Shown piece by piece: positions 57,218 through 64,000 of a stretch of DNA of 64,000 nucleotides (the stretch's first letter is position 1; the number at the start of each line of letters is the position of its first letter). The notes under the pieces were generated by a model. That model did no database searches. It saw only the letters and a program-made list of their open reading frames with translations, and was not told where the DNA came from. The position numbers were made by a program, and so were the translations under genes. The stretch spans positions 8,688 to 72,687 of the forward strand of contig JAYQSB010000002.1 in assembly GCA_038146705.1 (NCBI GenBank), read 5' to 3'. This DNA comes from Candidatus Poseidoniales archaeon. GTDB lineage: Archaea > Thermoplasmatota > Poseidoniia > Poseidoniales > Poseidoniaceae.

Positions 57218-57835
57218 ATGAGATGGAGGTTTACGCTGTCATGCCTCTTCTTTTTGCTCATCGGTTCTTCGAGTTCATTGACGCAGGCTAGTCATTTGGG
57301 CGTGGGTGATGCAGCGAATGAAGGGTGTCAATGTCATGCGTATTCATCTGCAACTGAAATTTTCCTCGAAGGAATTCCACAACGCTTCGAATCGAATGCA
57401 ACACTGAATGTTACCTTACGAATTGAAAGCGATATAGAATTTAACGAAGGCAATCACGCAGGAGGTTTTCGATTGGAGTACATCGGTGAAGGTTCAATCG
57501 GTATTCTCGACGAAGCAACAACCCAATTTCAGGATGGTTATCTAACACACACCGTAAATGGTTCAATGCACAGGTCGTGGCAGTTTGAATGGAAAACGCC
57601 TGAAAATAATTCAACGATTGTGGAGTTCAAGATTTTTGCAAATGCCGTCAATGGAAACAATCAACCTACTGGCGATGGTTGGTCATCCCTCTCGGTGACG
57701 GTCCCAGGAGTATCAAGCAACGAGGACTTTAATGCAAATACCAGTCAAGAGGTTGAAATTTTTGACCTTATCCTTCTAGCATGTGGTCTTGTACTTCTCG
57801 GCTATCTGCTTTGGACGAGTTTCCGTTCTAATTGA
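57218..57835 (+). CDS. Secreted Reeler-like (choice-of-anchor V) domain protein with CxCH motif and C-terminal TM
   Basis: Signal peptide, GCQCH, GGF, LTHT, W.F.W.TP, NAVNGN..TGD. Confidence 0.65.
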   Translation: MRWRFTLSCLFFLLIGSSSSLTQASHLGVGDAANEGCQCHAYSSATEIFLEGIPQRFESNATLNVTLRIESDIEFNEGNHAGGFRLEYIGEGSIGILDEATTQFQDGYLTHTVNGSMHRSWQFEWKTPENNSTIVEFKIFANAVNGNNQPTGDGWSSLSVTVPGVSSNEDFNANTSQEVEIFDLILLACGLVLLGYLLWTSFRSN

Positions 57836-58958
57836 CAAATTCGATGCTTTGATTTCTTAGTGCCCGAAGTTGTCTGTTTTCATTTGAACCATGAATTTGT
57901 GCACTTTTTACACCGGTTAGGACGATCATCACACGAATTTCATCACCCATGGACTCATCAACTGCTGCACCCCAAATTATTTTTGCGTGGGGCGATATAC
58001 GCTGTTGGATAAGTTGTGCACAAATTTCAGCTTCTCCCAGGCTGAGAGATTCTCCTCCAACAACGTTGATGAGGGCTCCACGAGCATCAGAAGTATCCAT
58101 TTCGAGAAGCGGAGATTCAAATGCTTCTAGGGTTGCTTTTGTCGCACGTTCTGGTCCCGAACTTGAACCCAAACCAATCATGGCAACGCCACTACCAGAC
58201 TGAATGACTGACCGTAAGTCTTCAAAGTCAAGATTGACCATACCTTCAGTCGTGAGAAGTTCTGTTACACCTGTGATGGAGCGAACAAGTAACTCATCAC
58301 CAACTCTAAACGCTCTCGCTATAGGTAAATCCTTAACGCCTTCAATTTCCAAAAGTCGTTCATTGGGTATCACGAGTATGGTGTCACAAAATTCTCGTAG
58401 ACGTTCCAATCCCCACTCAGCATTTTGCTTTCGTAATGATCCTTCGGATTTGAAAGGATATGTAACAACAGCGATTGTTAACGCACCCTGTTGCTTTGCC
58501 AACCTTGCAAGGTGGCCTGCGGCGCCGGTACCTGAACCACCGCCCATGCCCGCTGTGATGATTGCGAGTTGGGTGTCTTCTGTGATACGACGTAAGGCAT
58601 TTTCAGATTCTAAAGCGGCCGCCTCGCCTTTTGTCGGATCCCCACCGGCACCTCTGCCTCTAGCAGAGCGACCGATCAAGATTTTCTGCTCAAGCGGAGA
58701 TTGAAGAAGTGCTTGTGCATCTGTATTGATGGCGTAGCCTGTAACATATGACGATTCAAACAATCCTTCTTCGTGCAATCTGTTGATAGCATTGCATCCC
58801 GCACCACCAACGCCGTAGACACGTATTCGAGGTTGAAGTGATTCAAGGAGAGCACGTAGTTCTGCATCGCTTCCTTCATCTAAACGAATTGGCGGAGTAC
58901 TATCTGATTGTAATTCTTCTTCGGAAAGTTGTAACACTCGCTCGATGAGATGGCGCAT
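57828..58958 (-). CDS. ftsZ: Cell division protein FtsZ
   Basis: GVGGAGCNA, NTDAQAL, GAGGDP, AGMGGGSGTGAA, PFKSEG, NLDFED, IIWGA. Confidence 0.96.
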   Translation of the reverse strand: MRHLIERVLQLSEEELQSDSTPPIRLDEGSDAELRALLESLQPRIRVYGVGGAGCNAINRLHEEGLFESSYVTGYAINTDAQALLQSPLEQKILIGRSARGRGAGGDPTKGEAAALESENALRRITEDTQLAIITAGMGGGSGTGAAGHLARLAKQQGALTIAVVTYPFKSEGSLRKQNAEWGLERLREFCDTILVIPNERLLEIEGVKDLPIARAFRVGDELLVRSITGVTELLTTEGMVNLDFEDLRSVIQSGSGVAMIGLGSSSGPERATKATLEAFESPLLEMDTSDARGALINVVGGESLSLGEAEICAQLIQQRISPHAKIIWGAAVDESMGDEIRVMIVLTGVKSAQIHGSNENRQLRALRNQSIEFVN

Positions 58959-59044
58959 GGGGTTATTTTACCGAGATAGATTTTGAATGTGCCGCTTCCA
59001 TCGAGGTTAATGAATGCGATTTTCACACGAACTTCAAATTTCCA

Positions 59045-60070
59045 TCAGTCTCGAAGACCATCTTGCGTGACTTCGTAAACACATTCTCCATCAGGCAAGT
59101 TCGGAGAGTCAACAAGTCGGGCGATCCTCCGTCCAGCTTTTGCTTTTCTGAGGTAAAGTCTGAACGTGCTTGCGTGGGCTAAAATGTGGCCACCAATTGG
59201 TTTTGTGGGGTCGCCCCACAGTGCATCTGGTTTTGCATGAACTTGGTTGGTGACGAGAACAAGTGCATTGTTCACATCTGCTAGTTGCTTGAGATCTTTG
59301 AGATGACTGTTGAGTTTTTGTTGTCGTCGGGCAAGCATACCTCTACCGATGAATTCGGCTCTAAAATGACTGGTCAATGAATCAACAATAATCATCTTCA
59401 CATTCAAGCCTTTGCTCATTCGCTTTATTTCATCAGTGAGTAACATTTGATGTGCAGAGTTGTAGGCACGGGCAACATGTATTCTTGAGAGGACGTAGTC
59501 CGGATCTAAACCATGTCCTCGGGCCATTTGAGAGATTCTCTCTGGGCGAAATGTATCTTCAGTGTCGATGTAAAAGACATCTCCATCAAGCCCACCTTGG
59601 TCCAAGGGTAGTGTGCAATTTACAGCGAGTTGATGACCAATTTGTGTTTTTCCACTTCCGAATTCACCATACACTTCAACGAGTGCTTGGGTTTCAAAAC
59701 CTCCACCGAGTAAATCATCAATAGATTGTACTTTAGATGACAATTTCTGTACTTCTCTTCTTCGGTCGAGCAAAGCGTCTCCTGAAACAAAGCCGCCAAT
59801 GTTGGCCATTTTCTTGGCACCTGCAATGATTTTTGCTGCTACAGCTTCACCCAACTCGGCTTCTTCTGCTAGATCTGCTGGTGACATTACTGCGAGGGAA
59901 AGGAGTTCTTCGAATCCTGCTTCTCTTAATTTTTCGGCGGTTGCAGGACCCACTCCGGGTAGGTCCTCAATCGTCAATTCAGGTCCTTCTTCTTCCATTG
60001 GTACGTCCTCTTCTGCGAGGGAACCTTGGTCTTTTTTATCGGTTTGCTTGGATTTCGTTTTTGCTGGCAT
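59045..60070 (-). CDS. radA: DNA repair and recombination protein RadA
   Basis: [12 protein letters not shown]h[50 protein letters not shown]. Confidence 0.97.
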   Translation of the reverse strand: MPAKTKSKQTDKKDQGSLAEEDVPMEEEGPELTIEDLPGVGPATAEKLREAGFEELLSLAVMSPADLAEEAELGEAVAAKIIAGAKKMANIGGFVSGDALLDRRREVQKLSSKVQSIDDLLGGGFETQALVEVYGEFGSGKTQIGHQLAVNCTLPLDQGGLDGDVFYIDTEDTFRPERISQMARGHGLDPDYVLSRIHVARAYNSAHQMLLTDEIKRMSKGLNVKMIIVDSLTSHFRAEFIGRGMLARRQQKLNSHLKDLKQLADVNNALVLVTNQVHAKPDALWGDPTKPIGGHILAHASTFRLYLRKAKAGRRIARLVDSPNLPDGECVYEVTQDGLRD

Positions 60071-60211
60071 GACCATACGACATCGGTCATTTGTATATGA
60101 AGAATGAAAAGACAGTTCGGACATTTCACCGTAAGAATATGCAAACAACTGTGTCTTAGTAGCCTTATTTTTCACTTTCAGTTCATTTTTACAGTCAGTT
60201 AAAGTGAAGAA

Positions 60212-61009
60212 TTATTGAGGTAAATCAATCGGATTTGCCTCGGTTTCTTTTTCTTCATATCGAATGGATACATCATGCGTAATGTTGATATTATCTTCTC
60301 CTGATTCAATCACGACACTCAATGTCCATGTTCCCAAAGTCACACCGAGTTGGTCATGTTCCCAAAGTTTTGTTTGTCCATCGGCGATTGGCTCTGTCTT
60401 GGTCGCAGTTGTTTCACCATCTGGATCGTTGAGTTTCCAAGTTATTGTTGTCGTCCCACCAGTCCCTGGAATCAAGCTTTCTGGATTCGTGACTTGAGAA
60501 TCAATAGAAATGAGCGTTGGACCTTCACAGTTTTCGCAATCTGGAATGGTGTTGAGATTCATAGATTCAGGATCCTCAGAATTTTGCTCAACCCAATGCA
60601 TGAATGAATCTATTCGAATGAGAATGGACATATCTGCGACGTTTCCTTCGGAATCTTCTGCTCCTAGTGTCGCACTGAATAAGCCATGCGTCAAGTATTC
60701 GTATGTCAATGATGCAGATTGTGAAGCATCAATTTCGACTGGTGCACTTCCGTCGCCGGGCGTAAGCGAAAATATCCTCATCTCACCTTCAGTTGTTGTT
60801 GTACGAGCAAAATCGAAGGTTAGTTCCACACCAGTTTGAGAAATTCGTTGGCCGTTTGTCCAATTTTCGTAAAGTGTACCCGAGGTATGTTCGTAGTAAA
60901 CGATGAGGGTTACAGGCGATGACGTGGTATCTTCATCTGCTAAACAACCTGTAAGAATTGATGAAAGAAGGATAATGAGGAGAATGAGGGCTTCATTCAC
61001 CTTGGCCAT
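60212..61009 (-). CDS. Lipoprotein with PKD-like domain
   Basis: Lipobox ILTGC; 'LTFDF..PGDGS..YEY.THG.F.ATL.AEDSEG' PKD pattern. Confidence 0.75.
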   Translation of the reverse strand: MAKVNEALILLIILLSSILTGCLADEDTTSSPVTLIVYYEHTSGTLYENWTNGQRISQTGVELTFDFARTTTTEGEMRIFSLTPGDGSAPVEIDASQSASLTYEYLTHGLFSATLGAEDSEGNVADMSILIRIDSFMHWVEQNSEDPESMNLNTIPDCENCEGPTLISIDSQVTNPESLIPGTGGTTTITWKLNDPDGETTATKTEPIADGQTKLWEHDQLGVTLGTWTLSVVIESGEDNINITHDVSIRYEEKETEANPIDLPQ

Positions 61010-61106
61010 GGTACTGCTACATCTTCGATATAGATGAATCCAATGGATGAACGATGACAATTTCACAATCGGTGGTTTCAAATTAGAGCACAAATGGGGG
61101 AGGGTT

Positions 61107-61184
61107 AGCGAGGTGGGGTAGTCTGGATATCCCGTCGGGCTCATAACCCGGAGATCGATGGTTCAAATCCATCCCTCGCTACCA
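61107..61184 (+). tRNA. Initiator tRNA-Met (CAT) with encoded CCA
   Basis: Acceptor stem AGCGAGG/CCTCGCT (A1-U72); anticodon arm TCGGG-CTCATAA-CCCGG with three G-C pairs; T arm GATGG-TTCAAAT-CCATC; 3' ACCA. Confidence 0.97.
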
Positions 61185-61928
61185 TCAACCATACTCGTAA
61201 TAATCGTGTTTTGGTTGCAAATTTTGCAAAGCAGATTCTAATTGTGCATTAGCAGCACGCTCTCCTGCCTCAATCCTTGAGATTTCTTGCTCTAAGAAAT
61301 CGATGTGCTCTTTACATTTGTTTTCAACGTTGTTTGAAGCCTGTTGCGCAATCTCCAATGCGTTTTTTATGATCTCAATTTCCACTTGTGAACCCGTTGA
61401 AGACATGACATAATAACGACCGTTGACTCTTGATACCCCTTTATTGTGTTCAAATGAATCAACCATGGCACCACATGTTGTAGCATCTATTATTCCATTG
61501 AGAAGTGCATCGCTCCACACCTCTAGTGGTTTGGTCAAGATCGCAGCACTTTTTTTGTACATTTTCTTAGCTGCTCCTTTCTTACCCGATTGTGAAAACA
61601 AATTTGCAGCAAGATGGTAATCTTCTCCTGAAGATGGAAGCGATTCGAGAAGATGCGGCGCATTCTTTTTGAGATATTTGTATAATTTATTTCGAAAAGA
61701 ATGTAATTTTTTTATCCAACGTAAACCTTCAGACCCTTTACCTCGCTGCAAGTGAATTGAACAAAGCAGGCGTAAACCTTTGACTAAATAGACGAGTTGT
61801 TGAACATCTTCTTGATGTTTTGTCAACATCAATTGACAGAATTCTGTAGCCATCACCTCAGCGAGTTCTAATCTTCCCTCCGTAGAATAACGTTCGATTT
61901 GTTGAATGGTCTGGGCAGGGTCGCTCAT
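61185..61928 (-). CDS. Hypothetical helical (TPR-like) protein (start may extend to 61973)
   Basis: All-helical pattern, e.g. 'DYHLAANLFSQSGKKGAAKKMYKK'. Confidence 0.7.
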   Translation of the reverse strand: MSDPAQTIQQIERYSTEGRLELAEVMATEFCQLMLTKHQEDVQQLVYLVKGLRLLCSIHLQRGKGSEGLRWIKKLHSFRNKLYKYLKKNAPHLLESLPSSGEDYHLAANLFSQSGKKGAAKKMYKKSAAILTKPLEVWSDALLNGIIDATTCGAMVDSFEHNKGVSRVNGRYYVMSSTGSQVEIEIIKNALEIAQQASNNVENKCKEHIDFLEQEISRIEAGERAANAQLESALQNLQPKHDYYEYG

Positions 61929-62044
61929 ACCAAACATCGTACTCACAATAGGCACAACCTCATTATGTATCATGTCTTTGTCAAATTCTCACGAGGAAGA
62001 GAATCAATCAACAAACCTAAGTGTTTGAGTTTGCTCGATGAGGT

Positions 62045-62617
62045 GTGGAATTTCACGGATGTATCGCTATTACGGGAAGCCCAGGTGTTGGAAAAACAAC
62101 TCTTGCACATCTCTTGTCCTTGGCGTTAAATTTTGAAGTTCAATCGATTGAAAGCATCGCCGCTCAATCAAATTGCCTGGGGGGTGTGGATGAGAACGAT
62201 AGTACTATGCTCATTGACACGGATTGTCTCCAACAACAAATCCAGTTTCTTGGCAAAGATTGTATTGTTGAAGGCCATTTATCTCATTTCATTCCATCGA
62301 ACATCATTCTTGTTCTTCGTTGTCATCCTATGGTGCTCAAGCAACGGCTTGAGAAGCGAGCATACAGCGAGAGCAAAATTATCGAAAACGTAGAATGGGA
62401 ATTCCTTGGAGGTGCGAGGACTGAAATTTCACATATTGAACACCAAACATTAGTTCTTGAATTTGACACCTCAAACGAAGATGCAGAAAGTATCTGCCAA
62501 AAGGTCATTCAGAAATTGTCCGAAACAACGCCTCCCTCTCATTCGAATCAAGACCACATCGATTGGATTGAAAATGCCAATATTGATGTCAAAATGTTCG
62601 ATGCATCCCGACTTTGA
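62045..62617 (+). CDS. AK6/Fap7-type adenylate (NMP) kinase
   Basis: ITGSPGVGKTT, IVEGHLSH, VLRCHP..L..RL..R.YS..KI.EN. Confidence 0.88.
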   Translation: MEFHGCIAITGSPGVGKTTLAHLLSLALNFEVQSIESIAAQSNCLGGVDENDSTMLIDTDCLQQQIQFLGKDCIVEGHLSHFIPSNIILVLRCHPMVLKQRLEKRAYSESKIIENVEWEFLGGARTEISHIEHQTLVLEFDTSNEDAESICQKVIQKLSETTPPSHSNQDHIDWIENANIDVKMFDASRL

Positions 62618-62659
62618 ACAAAAACATAACAATACAGAACAACTGGGCAACATGATATC

Positions 62660-63367
62660 ATGGCACTTGAGCAGTTGAGAAAAACTTGGGAAAAAAGTTT
62701 AGATCCACTCCTTGAAAAATACGATTGGATATCGCCATCAACGATTACCTGGATTGCCCTTCCCATCGGCTTACTGGCTGCAATTCTCTCTTGGTTCGCT
62801 CCCGCAGGGGAAGAAGGAGGCTGGTGGTTTCTCGGAAGTGCTGCGTTGATTGGAGTTGCGATGATTTTTGATGGGCTCGATGGACCTATTGCGAGGAAAA
62901 AAGGCCTCGTCTCGCGATGGGGCGATTATCTTGACCACACTTTTGATAGAGTTCTTGATGCTGTTTGGTTAATCGGGATTAGTGCTTCTGTCTATGTTGA
63001 TAGCCTAGCACTTGGTTTCGCATCTGCCTTTTTCACACTCCTCGGGTCATACATGGGAACACAAGCCCAAGCAGTTTCTGGAACACGGAATTATGGTGGC
63101 TTTTCCAGAGCGGATAGAACGGTGTTGATTATTCTCATGCTAACGATTATGGGTATCGTCACCCTTGCAGATTATCCGTTTAATGACAGATTCATGGCAC
63201 CATTTGATTCTATCAAAATGAATCCTCTTTCCGTTGCTCTCTTCGTGAGTCTTTTCGGCGGATTGTGGACGTTCTTCCTCCGTTTTTTCCAAGCACAAAA
63301 GGTGATTCAAGCCATGGATGCCAACCATCCACTGCCACAACCAAATGCGAAAATGGAAGAAGAATGA
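62660..63367 (+). CDS. CDP-alcohol phosphatidyltransferase
   Basis: DGLDGPIAR..G..SRWGDYLDHTFDR signature. Confidence 0.92.
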   Translation: MALEQLRKTWEKSLDPLLEKYDWISPSTITWIALPIGLLAAILSWFAPAGEEGGWWFLGSAALIGVAMIFDGLDGPIARKKGLVSRWGDYLDHTFDRVLDAVWLIGISASVYVDSLALGFASAFFTLLGSYMGTQAQAVSGTRNYGGFSRADRTVLIILMLTIMGIVTLADYPFNDRFMAPFDSIKMNPLSVALFVSLFGGLWTFFLRFFQAQKVIQAMDANHPLPQPNAKMEEE

Positions 63368-63469
63368 CCGGAAAAGTGCAAAGGTGGGCAAATAGAACAT
63401 TTTAAGCAAAACAACGACATAGTCATAATATACGAAGTTCACAGGTGTATAGGCGGGGTGGGGTATCCA

Positions 63470-64000
63470 ATGAACAGAACACGGCGACACACATCGGTTG
63501 TTATCGCAATTTTTCTCCTTACGTTAGCACCAATTTCACTGTTTGCAACTGCGCAAGATGAAGGCGATCCTGAAAATTATCAAGCCCAAAATATCACGGC
63601 TTATTTCGACCCAGTCACCGAATCAACAATCGTGAATTGGACGGTTCAAGCATCAGTTGATGGAACAGCACAGTTCATTCAATATCAAACATACCAAGTC
63701 TACAGGTCAACAGACCCAATTACACCATCCACAATTGGTTCACTCACGCCTTTTGCAACCCGACAGGTTTGTCCAACAACGATGAGCCCGTTTGATTGTT
63801 ATGGGATGAATCATAGCGCAACATTCCAAGTCTCACCAGGTGTGAATGGCTCGTTTTATTATGCTGTGACGACATTGCTTGCTGACCAAACGGAAGCTGC
63901 CGAACTCATCATGAACTCTTCCTCGCTCTACACACCTGTCGTGGAGATAACTTCTGCTATTCGAACACCTTATTTCGTTTCGGCATCGTTTGACCCATCG
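63470..64000 (+). CDS. Secreted protein with FN3-like beta-sandwich, 3'-partial (not in the ORF track)
   Basis: Open frame from ATG 63470 to the window end: MNRTRRHTSVVIAIFLLTLAPISLFATA signal, then TIVNW, YQVYRS, FYYAVT. Confidence 0.8.
   Translation, partial: MNRTRRHTSVVIAIFLLTLAPISLFATAQDEGDPENYQAQNITAYFDPVTESTIVNWTVQASVDGTAQFIQYQTYQVYRSTDPITPSTIGSLTPFATRQVCPTTMSPFDCYGMNHSATFQVSPGVNGSFYYAVTTLLADQTEAAELIMNSSSLYTPVVEITSAIRTPYFVSASFDPS

Noticed and set aside
57949..58704. Antisense ORFs of 84 and 166 aa
   Set aside because: Codon-register shadows of ftsZ
59045..60175. Intein in RadA, and the long N-terminal extension in the ORF track
   Set aside because: The region after Walker A is uninterrupted and of normal length; the extension from 60175 is probably upstream non-coding sequence
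61009..61144. N-terminal extension of the PKD lipoprotein ORF
   Set aside because: It overlaps the tRNA gene; the signal peptide and lipobox start at 61009
63453..63465. GCGGGGTGGGGTA resembles the tRNA-iMet 5' end (possible att remnant)
   Set aside because: Only 13 nt with a mismatch, from the 5' rather than the 3' end, located at the SD position of the next gene, and no integrase is present

Overview
This is a densely packed archaeal chromosomal segment with about 50 CDS and one initiator tRNA-Met. I found no rRNA, CRISPR array, integrase or transposase. Archaeal markers (GatE, RadA, a TFB-like factor, Pth2, RaSEA, AK6-type kinase, an A1-U72 initiator tRNA) sit among many bacterial-type genes (MaeB, RlmH, AddAB-like pair, PabB-PabA/PabC, MMPL, PduO, TspO) and large secreted beta-propeller proteins. 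That mix suggests a Marine Group II euryarchaeon (Ca. Poseidoniales); this is an inference, not a phylogenetic result. Most notable items: (1) a cbb3-type oxidase subunit I (CcoN)-like membrane protein that appears to lack all metal-ligand histidines and is fused to two canonical EF-hands, directly after a small 2-TM protein; (2) a highly divergent full-length TFB paralogue transcribed divergently from an AddAB-like helicase-nuclease, across a 329-bp spacer with three repeated motif pairs and a palindromic TATA box; (3) a probable cobalamin-capture pair (beta-propeller/DUF4430-like protein plus CbrT-like ECF S-component); (4) a ~1140-aa helical protein with an intact C-terminal PIN domain; (5) an mPGES-2-like GST; (6) a 2774-aa surface protein. 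All family calls come from motif recognition by eye and from memory; no database search was run.
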